This document shows positions 20,757 to 37,273 of a stretch of 64,000 nucleotides of DNA, piece by piece. Within the stretch, counting starts at the first letter, position 1; the number at the start of each line of letters is the position of its first letter. Source of the DNA: Blastocystis sp. Blastoise (taxonomy: Eukaryota; Protista; Bigyra: Opalinata); NCBI GenBank assembly GCA_039096225.1, contig JBBPEB010000023.1, positions 372,001-436,000 on the forward strand, read 5' to 3'. The translations under genes were made by a program, and so were the position numbers. A model generated the notes under the pieces. That model made no database searches. It was not told where the DNA came from and saw only the letters and a list, made by a program, of their open reading frames with translations.

Positions 20757-21806
20757 AATAAATAATTTATGTACATGAATTGATACACACTTTAAAAAAC
20801 TAAAAAACACACATTCTTATTTTTTTCAAAAACTGTAGCATTTTGAAAAAACTATGATATGTCTTTAATCTCATTCGCTTAAATAAAACCATCGAGTATA
20901 TTCAGAAAACTTAAAAAGAAAACTTAAAAAGAAAACTTAAAAAGTGACATGAAGTTGCTTTGAAATTATTAAAGTTTTTTAACTCCATTCTTTAGTAATT
21001 TGAGGACTAAATAGGAAATTAGATTTGACAATAATTTTGAAAACAGACATTGAACGTGTTAAACAGTATTAAAATAGCAATCATCCTTTTTGTTTTGTGA
21101 ATATGAAATCACTATAATGCATTCTTGACCTTTTAGCATACGTGATTTGATATCTATACTTTTTTAGTTAATATATTAGTTTAAAACGACAAATCATCAT
21201 ATAAAGTATGTAATTTATCGAAATGATTAATAATTAATGTCTTGTATCTATTGAAAACAAGCACTCAAGTCTTTGTTAATTTCATAGGTAACTTATAAAT
21301 ACGATTATTATGAAAGAATTGACATAATTTTGTAAAAAACTAAAATCATAGTTATTTCTTTCTAGAATGTAATCATACATCATTCAGAGCATTCGTAAAA
21401 TCTTAAAAGGAAATTAACTAATCCACACAAAGAGATGATAAGTATTCTTCCTTATAATGTGAATTGTATTATTTTACAGAATAGAATCGTTTTCGAATGA
21501 CTTACTATCAAATCTGGCATCGGTTTATTCCAATAAAATCATCAAATAACAGGATCTTATACTCATAATTAATGAAAAGCAAAATTGTGATCATTCTTTA
21601 AATAATTTTGTATCCATTATCAACTAGATATCACTGTATCTTATAAAACTTTGATATGATAAAGCTGTTTCAAATTAAAACAGCAAAATGAGAGCATTAT
21701 TAATATTTTTGAAAGAGTTGATGACTTCTCTTTAAGACATTTTCAGTCTATGTACTGATTGCTAAAGAAATAAGTAAATTTTAAATTTTTAAACATAGTG
21801 GAATCA

Positions 21807-22994
21807 ATGCAACCAGCTTACTTTTTATTATTAACGATATTCTTTGTGTTATGTTCATCATATGAACCATATTTTTCTGGTGAAGATAACACAGGACCAT
21901 GGGATAGTTATGTTTCACTAAGAGATCTTCAAAGACTATACTTTTCTAAAGAAAAGTATACGAAAAGTATCAGTGGCAAGAGACAACATCGTATTATTTG
22001 TGATGATACGCCTACTAATTGTGCTATTCCTTTGACTTATATCAAATGTACAAAGAAAAGAAATACATTGGACTGGAAGTGTTTTTCTGATATTGAAGAT
22101 ACTTATGATGTTGTCATGAATGAAATCAAATGTGAAAACTTAGAAAAAGGTATGTATTTATAGAATCTAAAATAATAATTATCATAATTGTAATTTGTAA
22201 TCTATATATATATAGATGATGATATTATATTACGTGATTCTTGTTCTGTTCATTATCATATTGAACTTCATTATAAACGATATAATAATCGTCTTTTCCG
22301 CTTATTCAGTTATTTTGATCATCATCTTCTTAAAGGAAAATTCGATGTTCTGTCTCTTTATGTATGTATATAGTGTTTTTTTATTATTCTATTTATTCTA
22401 TTTATTCTATTTATTTTATTTATTTTATTTATTCTATTTATTCTATTTATTTTATTTATTCTATTTATTTTATTTATTCTATTTATTCTATTTATTCTAT
22501 TTATTCTATTTATTCTATTTATTCTATTTATTCTATTTATTCTATTTATTCTATTTATTGTTTTATCCCTATTTATTAAATTTATTGTAATTATTAAATT
22601 TATTCTATTTATTCTATTTATTCTATTTATTCTGTTTATTGTTTTATTTTATTTATTCTATTTATTCTATTTATTCTATTTATTCTATTTATTCTATTTA
22701 TTCTATTTATTCTATTTATTCTATTTATTCTATTATAATAATATCTTTTTAAATCCTATTTATTATATATATAGTTTTTAGCCTGTTGTTTATTTGTAGC
22801 TCTTGTTGGAGTTGAAAAAACATTTTATCTTATGTATATATATTCCCAATTATTTATATAACTATATGAATTTTCTATAAATTAAATACTATAATGAATA
22901 TAGTATCAGTTTTGTCAAAGTCATTTCAATGCCATTTATCGTTGCTTATCAATTTTTACAACAGTTTGTTAAAAACGATATCCATCGAGATTAA
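21807..22994 (+). CDS. Divergent SARAF/TMEM66-like protein (paralogue A)
   Basis: Signal peptide; VSLRDLQRLYF..YT, six-Cys luminal pattern (C..C..IKC..WKC..IKCE..DSCSVHY); one TM; TAA at 22992-22994. Confidence 0.65.
22381..22735. repeat. Intronic 9-nt tandem repeat (CTATTTATT)n
   Basis: Dozens of near-perfect ctatttatt units inside an intron of SARAF-like paralogue A. Confidence 0.9.
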
Positions 22995-23495
22995 GAAGGT
23001 AATTACTTCTTTTTCATTAACAACGTATATTTCTATGATGTGATCTGTTTAAGTCCTTTATTATTCTCTCTTATTGACGTCCATAAATGTTATTCTACTA
23101 TATTGTGACTGTTGTATGTTAATTGTTCTTATTATCCAACTATCGTTGAGTTTATATTATTTTCAAGTCTCTTTATAACCTGACGCTGAAATATTTGCTT
23201 TCAAGCAATAGATATTCATTAGGAAAACTTCAAGATAAGAAAAAACACATTAATGAAATAATTCTTTCTTGATATAGTGTCCCATGTCATATATTTGCTT
23301 GATCTATTTTGGAGTATTCGTTTTTTCTAGTACATTCGAAAATTATGGATAAGAAATAAAAACTCACACAAAATACTACAAAATAAATAAATAACGATTC
23401 TCTGTATTTAAAAGAGATTTTCTGGAAAAAAATCATGAATAAAAACCATTAAAAGCATTTATGACGAAATTATTTTTTTATTCTTCTTATTAGTC

Positions 23496-24727
<1,232 letters not shown>

Positions 24728-25980
24728 GTAATACAAGATACACAAACTATGTATCTTTATTATTAATAATATTATCACCTATATATATATACATATATAT
24801 AGTCCATTATTTTGTCGATATTATATATATAACTAAACATTTTTTTTTTCAATATATATTTTAATTAATTTTTATTCACTATTTCATTTATCATTTTATT
24901 CCATTTTCCTCATATTATTTATTACTTCTCTATTCTTCTAAACAATATTATATATATATATTATTATCGTTCAATTGATTCATTTATTTTTTTAACTCTT
25001 TTTTAAATATATATATTGTGTAATTATGATCATTATTTTTTATTTTGTTTTATATACATTATAATCATTCTTTTTTTACAATGACTCTTTTATTTTTAGA
25101 ATTTCTCATATATATATACATCTATTAACACATTCTTTATTGTTATCAATGTTTTCAAAACTATTTTGTTGGAGCATTATTACTATTATTTAGTAGTCTC
25201 ATATATTCTATTGTTATTGTTATTTTTATTGTTATTTATCTTATTATTTTATAAAACATTACATTTTTTTTCTATTTATTTTTTTACTATTTCTATTGTT
25301 ATTGTTCTCTTCTCTTTTTTTTTGTGATTTTTTTCCCATTCTTTCACACATATATCCTTTGTTTTGTTAATATATATATGTATATATATATATTGCGTGG
25401 TTATTATAATAGATAAATAGTTATATATTTTATTCAACGATCTTAAAGTTGTCATTGTTTTGTATACATATATATATATTTATTTTCTGATTTCATTTAT
25501 CAACTATTTTTCCTCATTATGACTAATGAGTGTATATATTTCTTTTTTCTTCTTTTTATTCTTATTATTATCACATATTTTATAATACTCTTCTATACTA
25601 TTCCTGTATATTCTATACTTATTCTGATTTTACTTTTTCTGGATATATCGACATTATTCTTTTTTATTATTGAATTATTTAAAATATACATACATATATT
25701 TTTTCTTCTACTTTCATTGTAGTGCTTGTTTTTTTTAAAGTAGGCGATTTATAACTATATATAATTATATATATTCCTATTTATAACATGTTTGTATATA
25801 ATCTCTTTTAAATCAAATTGTTTTTTTTTAGTTTTAAAGAATAACTGACACTAGTGAATAACTTAAAACTTATTTTAATTAATATATTTATAATTAAATA
25901 ATAAAAACTAAAGATGAAAAAGAAAGAATGATTATTATATATAAAAGATAATACTATAATTTTTAAATAAAATTTATAGT

Positions 25981-27406
<1,426 letters not shown>

Positions 27407-27715
27407 ATTCTCAAACGATTGAAAAATGAATATCGAACAAACGAGAACTAAACAAAATGAATAAACACAAAAAACATGGAAGAAATAGAAGTTCTCAAAA
27501 AAATAGAAAGTGATGAATATCGTCATAAGATAATTACGGTAAAAACATGGCTCTTTATCCGTTAAGTGATGATGGTGAACCTATGATAATCATAGAAATC
27601 CAGAATGAGATATAAATAATTATATAAACAGAGAACTTTTATAATAATTACACTTAGTTTGTAATCATATATTATTTGTTCCTTCCTTTCTCATTGTTAT
27701 TGTTTTAGAGTAAAG

Positions 27716-28299
27716 ATGCTTTCTAGGTATGCTTCTCTATCGAATTAATATATAATTATAGATTTGTACGTGTTCCCAAGACTACTATTCGTTCTTTTGC
27801 TACTTATTTCTCCAAGGATCATGAATGGATTAGTTATGAACCTGGTAAACTTGCTGCTGTAGGTATCACTGATTTTGCTCAAAATAGTCTCGGTGATATC
27901 GTTTATGTTGAACTTCCCTCTGTCGGTAGTGCCTTTAAGCAAAACGACCGTTTTGCTATTGCTGAATCCGTCAAGGCTGCTTCTGATGTTTATATTCCTG
28001 CTTCTGGTACTGTTAAGGATATTAATGAAGCTTTAGTTGATACTCCTTCTCTTGTTAATGAATCTCCTGTTGCTAAGGGTTGGTTTGCTCATCTTGAAGT
28101 ATGTTTTTTTTATTATTTTATTTTTTTTTTTTTTTTTTTTTCAAGTAAACCTATTGATATAATCATCAATTTTCATTATATATATATATCATGTTCAAAA
28201 ATTTATTATTTATATATATAGCTTTCTAATCCTGAAGAACTCAAGGGTCTCATGAATGAAACTGATTACAAAGAATTCTGTAAGAAGGCTGAACATTAA
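27716..28299 (+). CDS. GCSH: Glycine cleavage system H protein with an N-terminal mitochondrial-type presequence (missed by the ORF track)
   Basis: MLSRFVRVPKTTIRSFA presequence; YFSKDHEWI, VGITDFAQNSLGDIVYVELP, lipoyl motif AESVKAASDVY, VNESP..KGW; two introns. Confidence 0.97.
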
Positions 28300-28466
28300 A
28301 ACATTTATTATATACTGTTTCATTACATCGCATTTCACACACACTATTTCATTTATTTGCTTTGTTTATATCATTTTTAAAAGCAACTTTTTTTTTTTCT
28401 TTACAAAACGAGACTTTTTATTATTATTATATATATTTTTATTTGATATTTCAAATGATTATAGAT

Positions 28467-29068
28467 TTATGGTAATTCAGCCCAACCATTATCTTTATAT
28501 AATGTCCATAAAAGATCCTTTAATACTCTTAAATTATCTTGTGTTTTAACCCAATAATCTTTAAATTGTTCTTCCGAAAGGCCATCTCGAATCTTATCTA
28601 TAAATGTATCACGAGAAGGACATACTACTACAGCTACTTTAAATGCATTTCTAACTATAAAATTATGTCTATTTTCTAGTGTTAGATGATAGGAAGAACG
28701 AACTATTGATTGTAATGATAACTATATATTATTTTTATTTATATTGTTATGATATAAAGTATAGTTTTGATATGAATGTAGTTTTTATTATATTGAAAGA
28801 TATATTTATCATAATAAATATATTAATATGTATAATAATAAATATAATAATAATAATAATATATATAATAATAATAAATATATTAATATGTATAATAATA
28901 AATATAATAATAATAATATATAATATAATAAGTAGAACAACTATCTCATACACTAGGGTTTTCATAGACTTGTTTAATAATTTCATATATAAAATCTAAA
29001 AACCATGTTAATCTTAAAACACTTCTTGATGCACATTGAAATTCTTTTCCTTGTCCATTAATTCCATC

Positions 29069-29140
<72 letters not shown>

Positions 29141-29148
29141 TTAATAAT

Positions 29149-29194
<46 letters not shown>

Positions 29195-29651
29195 TTGATC
29201 CACTCATATTTTGACCTTTCGTTTCTTCAAGTTTCATGAGAGTCTATTGAATATTTAAAAAAACATTATATATAACTTTTAGAATAATATATATTCAAAA
29301 AAATACATAAAGAAGAAGATGAGGGTCCTCAGCAAGTTCTCCTAAATAAACATTGTTTATAATAGGCTTTAAATATATTTACCTGTTTGTATCAAATCAT
29401 TTCTTCTCTGTTTTATATGATTTAACTTTGTTGTGACATCTCCAGTAGCAAAACCAAAGGCTTTTCCAAGACAAAAAAAGAGTTTTGTCATATAATGATA
29501 AACAGGTAGCAATTTATCAATTTCAATATCTTTATCATTCTCTATAGCTGTCTTTGTAATTTCATAGAATTGAGGCAAATAAAACGGTTCTAAGAGTTGA
29601 ACTTAGTTTCCAAAGCAATTTCATATATATACTATCTTCTTCTAATTCCAT
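28467..29651 (-). CDS. Glycolipid transfer protein superfamily member, CPTP/ACD11-like
   Basis: LGKAFGFATGDVTTKL, ASRSVLRLTWFLDF, SY..TL..RHNFIVRNAFKVA..CPSRDTF, C-terminal ELP*; five GT-AG introns. Confidence 0.82.
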
Positions 29652-30826
29652 TTATGTATTTAAAAAAAACAAATTGTAATCTTCCTGATAAATATACTTT
29701 TTATATAGTGTTTTTTTTTGTCAATCCAAATGAATAAATAAATCACTTATCCTTTATATAGATCCTCTGTATGCAAACAAAACAAGAACTTTCTTCATTT
29801 TAAACTGGATTCAATTTCTCTACGATTATTTTGTTTTTTAGTGCAAATCATGCATCATATTCTTGAATCATCGACTCTTTATGGGATTATTAAAAGGATT
29901 TGCTGTTTCTCCTGTTTAATAAAAACACAAATAAAAATGAACTTCCGATTCATTTTTGAAATGGCATTTCATTTCTGTATCATCCATACACATACATGCA
30001 CATTGTTTTTTCTATTTAATGTTATTTATTTGACATTTGTTGTTATTTAATTTAAATTTATTAATAATCTGTTGTTTTTGTTATGATATATTATGTAAAT
30101 TCTATAATAGATATTTGGAAAAGATTTAAAAGATTTTTTTTATGCAAAAAGAATTCTTTAATAGTATAGATTTGAAAGAGTTTTGCATAAAAAGTCATAA
30201 TCTCTCATAAATAACCTTTTAAAATGAGGTAATAGTAAGTTATAGAAAACTGATTTCACTCAATTAACATAGAACACCATTATTTTTTTAGAAAAAAAAT
30301 GCTAGTAGTCATTATTTTTTTATTTTGGAGATAATTGTTTCAAAACTATCATCAAAAAGAGATTAAGAAATGAAAAAAAAGCAATCACCACTTAAATAAT
30401 CTTGATTTCATACTGGATTTTATTCCATATGCTCATTAAAATATGAAGAGACACGAAGAAAACGTGTTAATAGTATGTAAAAAAGTAATAAACTTGAAAA
30501 AGTGATTCATAAAATATTATATACATTTTACATACACTTAAAATATAATTTAGATATGAAATATACTATTTTTGATAAGAAGATCACATTTCAAAAAGCC
30601 ATCAACGATGCAATTAGTATATATTTTATCATAAAATCAATTGTAAGAAGTTACTGATGACTTAACATCATCAAAAATGATTTTGCTATGATTATACAGA
30701 TAATCAATAATTCTAATAGATCAAAAAAGAAAATGAAATCAATTTACATTGAAGTTTTCACATTCTTTTTGTTTATTTCTAGAAACAAGTGTTTTATCAA
30801 TTTTAACATTTCATTTCTATTGAAAT

Positions 30827-33176
30827 ATGTTTGCACAACTTGGTAGACCTCTGACTAGTCATCCTATTGTGAAATCTTTGATTTGTAAGAGTCAATTGTT
30901 TCCTCAAACTGGACTTCGTGCCTTTAAAACATGCCAAAAATCTTTAAATTATGCTAGAGTCGAATTTAATCGATCTTTTACTTTATTGCCACGAGTTAGT
31001 CGTTTCTCTACGAAATTATCTATTGCTCAAATGAGATCAATTGTATCAAAAGCAGAGTCTGCTCCTCCGATACCTATGAGAACTTATGTATTGTTTTCTC
31101 TCTCCTTAGCTGGTGTCATCGGTGCATACATGGCTGTTTCATGGCTTCTCACTGTATATATATCTATTAAAATTTATATAGAAAGCATAACAAGTTCTAT
31201 AATTCTTCGTTAACTCTAGTCTACTAATGCATATTCAGATGCATATGAATTATTAAGAGTATGTCCTAAAGTATATGAATATACTGGATTTCCTTTTCAT
31301 CGTCAAGGTCGTGTTAAAGGGAAAAGTCGAAATGGTGAGATATTAATTCAAATGAAACTTCAAGGAGACAAAGGAATGGTTAAAGCTATTGTTTATGGTA
31401 TATATATATATATTTATATGTAATTATTTTATGAGGATTAGAAATGTATTCTCTTTTTATTAATATAAATGCTATTTTTGTTAATTATTATGTTATTGTT
31501 TTATTAGTATTCAATATTTTATATAAATAAAAGTATATTCTAAAAAAATGAATATATATATATATATAGGTAAGGAAATAGATAAGAATAAATATGAATT
31601 AGTAGATATTACTATTGAACCTATTAGTGGTAGTAAATATATAGAAGAGAAAGCTAAAGAACAAGAGATAAAAGATAAACAGTCTCTTGTAGTTAGTAAT
31701 ACTGCTATTAATAATAATGATAAAGTAGAAACAACTCAAAAAGATATAAATAGCAATAAAGTTTCGAGTAATAATATAAAGAATAATAAATTAAATAAGA
31801 AAGAAAAGAATGATATTGATTTATCCTTCACTGTTATGCACGATAAAGTTGTTTATGAACCGTTATTTGAAAATGTATATAAATATATATATATAATGAT
31901 ATTATATACTCAATATATTTTTTTATTTTATAAATATCAATAGTAGTATTGTAATATTTTATTATTATTATTAGTTTAAATGTTTCTATATATCTTATAT
32001 TTTATATACTATTTATATATTATATATTATTTATTATTCCTTTATATATATATATAGCTTCCAAATGTAACATATTCTCCAGCTATACAAGAACATATGA
32101 AAACATGTCCTCCTCCTTCTCTTTCTACATATAAAAAACAAAAAGAAGAAGAAGAAAAAAAAAAGAAACAAAAAGAAGAAGAAGAAAAGAATTCGACTAC
32201 TGCAGTTTCTACTGGAAATAGTGTTTCTGGAAATGGAGAAACCGTGGAACATGAAGTGAAAACTTCTTCTAATCCGTTAATAAACTTTTGGATGAATAGG
32301 CCTTGGTATTATAAAATAGGTTTCGCTGTATATATATATATAAATTAGTGCATGTTTTTTTATATTTAGATATATATTATTTATTATAGTATTTTTTATT
32401 ATATATATGTTTTTATTATTAAATTTTAATATAATATTTTTGTTTACTACGTATATAAATTTTTTTTAAGTATATTTGTCATTTTATATATATATTTAAT
32501 GAAGTTCTTGTACCATTTTTTTCTATAAATGATAATATAAATGATACTATAAATGATAAAATAAATAATACTATAAATGATAAAATAAAGATAAAATAAA
32601 TGATAAAATAAATAATACTATAAATAATATATATATATAGATAGGTTTAGGTTTATTAGGTGGTTTAATATTAGGTTTTGGTTTAACGAGTATGAAAGTG
32701 AAACCAACTCACAATAGTGCATTCCAAGCAGCTTTTAAACTCTTAAAAGAAGATTCGAAAGCACAAGAATTATTAGGAAAAAAAGTATATAATATATATA
32801 TATATTCCTTTTTTTTAAATATTATATATGCTATATATTTCGTTATATAATTATAATATTATTGATAATCTCTATAAATACATAGATGAAAGCAGTAGGA
32901 ACAATAAAAGGAAAAGCTGAAGAAAACTGGGCCAATTTCTCTATTAAAATAAAAGGAAATAAAAGTATATATTTATTTATATAAGTATTAACTAACTATA
33001 TATAAAATAGATGAAGCATTTGCTAATGTTCAAGGTGTTTGTGAAAATAATAACTGGAAGTATCTATATATATATATATATATATAATTAGTATTATTGT
33101 AATTAATTGATTTATTTATAGATTCTCTGTGATTTCTTTAGATACGAAAGAAGGTAAAGTATATATCAAAAAGTGA
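30827..33176 (+). CDS. Presequence-bearing membrane protein with two tandem TM plus Coa1/Tim21-like modules
   Basis: Arg/Ser-rich, acid-poor N-terminus. Module 1: TM then AYSDAYELLR.CPKVYEYTG.P..GRVKG..LQGDKG. Module 2: TM then AFQAAFKLLKED.KAQELLG..GTIKG..ANFSIKIKGNK. Exons join in one frame; TGA at 33174-33176. Confidence 0.65.
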
Positions 33177-33384
33177 TAGAAAAGAATAATCAAACAAAAC
33201 ATATGATTAAATAACTGTTATATCATCGATTTAACGTGTTTTTTTTTATACTTCAAAATACAAAAAATATATAAATAAATATATTTAACAAATAATACAC
33301 AAACAAAAAAAAAGAACAAATAACTAAGAAATAGTTTTAATACAACAATAATTCTTTTAATAATTTTTATTTACTATATATAAT

Positions 33385-33503
33385 CTATCGCATCATAATA
33401 GGATTATAATTCTGTTGCATACGCTATATACAAAGAAATATAAATATAAATGAAATAGTCACAAAAAGAGTTACAAAAAAATAATTATAAAAAAAAAAAA
33501 AAA

Positions 33504-33554
<51 letters not shown>

Positions 33555-34212
33555 TACTCCTTGAGGCATTTGTTGTTGTTGATAAGCCATTGGTTGAACG
33601 GTATTTGGTTGTGACATCATTCGCTGACCATAAGCAGAAGCATACATCATATCCTGTGTCTATAGTATAATAATATAATAAGTATAATAATATAATAAAC
33701 ATAATAATAATAATACATATAATAATAATATAATAAACATAATAATAATAATAAACATAATAATAATATAATACACATAATAATAATATAATACACATAA
33801 TAATAATATAATAAACATAATAAACATAATAATATAATAAACATAATAATATACATAATAGCATAATAAACATAATAATACACATAATAATAAATATAAT
33901 AAACATAATATATACAGGCATAGATTGTGGGATATGTGGTTGACTCATGGACATATTGGGATTCATCTGCTGATTATTTGTTTGCATACCCATAGGTTGA
34001 GGGGGATTGATACGCGTATCCATCATCGGATTCCCCTGTAATTGCATCTGAGAATTCGAAGCATTATTCTAGAAGAATAAGAAGGATAGGGTATATAGCA
34101 TAGTTATAGAATAATAAGTATAGTTATAATATCAATAATATAGAATAGTTATATAATCATAGTAATCAAGTTAATAATAAATAAATAAATATAATAAATA
34201 ATATATAAATAA

Positions 34213-34243
<31 letters not shown>

Positions 34244-35020
34244 ATATAATAAATAAATATAATAAATAATAAATAAATAATAAATAATAAATAAATAAAT
34301 AAAAAAATATACTTGATATAACATAAACATAGCTTCATAAGGTATAACTTTATTAACATCTTCTTTTCTACTAGCTTTTGTATCTTCACGAGGAACAATA
34401 TCAATTAAGAAATCGAATGTATCTGATTTAGAAACAGCAGAAGATATATCCATTTTTTGTAAAGTTCTTCTTTTACCTTCTTCAGTATGAACCCAAGCGC
34501 GAATGGTAAGTTCTCTCATGAAAATTTCACAAGCTTTAGCAAGAAGAATTGGAGCTTCAGAACCAATCATACAAGAACGAACAGATTCATCTGTTTTCAT
34601 GATTTTCTTAATTCTAGCCATAGGCAGTTGAACACAATGCTTGTTAATTGTATTTGCATCAGCTTGATTGATCTCCTTTTGTGTCTGACTCCAAAAAAGA
34701 GCTAATTGTTGTTGTTGAGGAGTCATATGATGAGAATATCCAACAGAATAATTTTGTGGTATGTTATTATATCCATATTGAGAACCTCCTTGTATTATAT
34801 TAGGTACGTTGCTATACATAGCTTGTTGAGAAGGGACTGATTGCATCAAGTCACGTTTTGCCTGAGACATCTATATCGTTAATTAAACAATAAATTTGAG
34901 CATATTAAAAGCATACGTCTATTTGTTAATGATAAATAAGAATTAAACAAAGCTGAATAAGCAATATTATTACAGTTCATTACTATTTTCGATTTTCATT
35001 CGCTCGTTTTCTTCTTCCAT
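33385..35020 (-). CDS. NFYC: CCAAT-binding factor subunit C (NF-YC/HAP5), histone fold with Q/M/P-rich tail
   Basis: QLPMARIKKIMKTDE, SEAPILLAKACEIFMRELTIRAW.HTEE.KRRTLQK.DI, FDFLIDIVPR. Start is either 35020 (needs a 2-nt exon) or 34870; TAG at 33385-33387. Confidence 0.93.
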
Positions 35021-36811
35021 GGAAATACCCGTGATTATTTGTCAGATTCACCGAATATTTTAAATTCTTTTTTTACTAAAATGGAGGGAAGAAACCCATT
35101 CTTTTTCAAAAGTTAAAAAACGATTATTCCCACAAATAAAAACCAGGATATCAGTTTTTTTTATTTGTTTGTCAACGGAAATCTTCCAATTAAATTGTTT
35201 TATTATTTCTATTTGACATTTTTAACTAATTATTTAATAAACTTTTTAAAACTTTTAACTTATTTCCTAGTCATAGTATTATTTGATTTTCCTTGTATAG
35301 TTTCTTCTTATTCTTTTGGAACATAGATGCCCTTTTTGAGAATCAAAAAGATAAACATTCATTGTTGTTATTGTTCTCAATAACTTATTTTGGGTTTCTC
35401 AATGAATAGTTACATGACTATTAGGATATATAATTTATAAAAATAATTCTATGCGATTAAAAAAAGTCGATGATCACATTTAAGTAATTTAAATATTGGA
35501 TTCTTCACATTAATGAAAGGGAAATAGCATGGATAAAAACTAAATTCTGCAAATAAAAAATATAAAAAACTAACAGTCATGATATTCGTAAATTATTTAA
35601 CTAATTATTATCAAATTAAAGAGGAGTATCTGCAAGAAACGTATGATAAGAAAAAACAAATAGTTTTCTAATATTACCATTTATAATAATGATTTATTTA
35701 TATACATTTATTCATTATAATACAAAAACAAAAAATGCAAATAATTCATGTAATATATAAATAATCTATAAAAAAAGAGAGTTAAATTAAAAGTAGACTT
35801 AAATGACTCCAAAAGAGTGATTTCATTATATATATTTATTGAGAAGATTGACAATATTTAAAGAAACATCAAAATAAAAAATACTACTAAAATTAGTTAA
35901 TTAAATAAATAAGAAAAAAATATGTTGGAATAAGCAAAAAAAAAAAAAAAAAAAAAAGAAAAGAACTAACAAACACAAAAATAATGACTATCTTACATAT
36001 ATATGCTAAAAAGCATAATAACATATAAAAACATACAAATAGGAGTATTAATTATTTTGACAAAATGATATATAAATGGAAAAAAGAAGAAAAAAAAAGA
36101 GAGAAAAAATAAAATAGACAAGTAACGAAAAGCAAATATAAAGAAGAGAAGATATAACATAAAAATAGAAATATATAGAAAAAGAGAGTTTTAAAAAATT
36201 TATATACCAAAAATATATATTAATATATAAGTTTTTTTCAAGATTATAATATATAGTGTTAATTGAGAGCATATATAAATAGATATAGATGAATGAAATA
36301 GTATATATATATTAGAGAGTAATTAATTAATTAATAAAAAAAGAAAAGAAGAGAGAGAGAGAGATAGATAGATAGTGCGATAAAGAAAAGAGAGCGTTTG
36401 ATATATGTGTTTATGATAATAAATAAATAAATAAATAAATATTTATTTATATCTAAAGAAGACGAATTAAAATATTAGAATATCCAATGAATAGAAATAA
36501 TAATAAGTATGTAATTTCTATTCATAATGAATTATATGTTATAGTATACGATATATGGAGAGAACATAAATAATACTACATAGTAATAAAAATGTAGTCA
36601 TTTATATAAAATTAAAAAAAAGAAGAATAATAATAAATATAATTATAAGGACATAATAATATGACTTATAAACACATATATATATTGTAAATTTGTAAAT
36701 TAATTAAATAAAATATATAAAGATATATAAAATAGAGACATGAAGAACGCAATTTGTAAATAAATAGAGACGATGTAATATAAAATGCTAGAGATGTTGA
36801 ATCAGATCCAT

Positions 36812-37273
36812 TTAGGAACGGTACTGAGAGACATTAGGAACAACAGAAGCATAATAAAGTTGATTTCCACCAATATTAAGCATGGAATCCATAGGTTGTT
36901 GAATGGTTGGTGTAGTAATAGGAACTTCTGTTTTAACAAAAGCATAAATAGGAACAATCATAGGAATAGCTTGAATTGTTGGATTTATAATAAAGGGATA
37001 TGCTTGTTTTTGAATACTTTCGAACGAATTCATATCTGTATTGCTTGCAACGTAATTAGAAGTAGTTGATGGTTTTTCCTTAGACTTGTAATAGAATTGA
37101 CGTCTTCGCTTTCTGCATCGTTCGCAAACCTTATATTGATTCTTTGAGCCTTTCTTTTCATAGCAAATCAATGGTTTTAGTGAATGGCAGGAACTACACA
37201 TCTTTTTTTCTACAGGAGGTTCCTTTATGATAGGAGGAGCTTGAGACATATAACTTGGTGATATTTGAGACAT
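36812..37273 (-). CDS. Intronless small protein with a CxxC-x20-CxxC zinc-binding motif and a basic helix
   Basis: CSSCHSLKPL...YKVCERCRKRRRQFY followed by a P/T/Q-rich tail. Confidence 0.7.
   Translation of the reverse strand: MSQISPSYMSQAPPIIKEPPVEKKMCSSCHSLKPLICYEKKGSKNQYKVCERCRKRRRQFYYKSKEKPSTTSNYVASNTDMNSFESIQKQAYPFIINPTIQAIPMIVPIYAFVKTEVPITTPTIQQPMDSMLNIGGNQLYYASVVPNVSQYRS

Noticed and set aside
20905-20945. GAAAACTTAAAAA x3 and other tandem repeats as CRISPR or transposon ends
   Set aside because: No spacers, cas genes, transposase or target-site duplications; eukaryotic simple repeats.
27510-27610. Two GTGATGA box-C-like motifs between DPM1 and GCSH (possible C/D snoRNAs)
   Set aside because: No canonical CTGA box D or terminal stem, and only a very short rRNA-complementary match.
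27745-27942. Minus-strand 65-aa ORF
   Set aside because: Antisense shadow of the GCSH exon.
33174-33179. Genome-wide UGA-to-Trp reassignment
   Set aside because: Conserved Trp positions in DPM1, GCSH, transportin and V-ATPase use TGG; only one internal TGA was found, and TGA appears to terminate this gene (although a TAG follows it).
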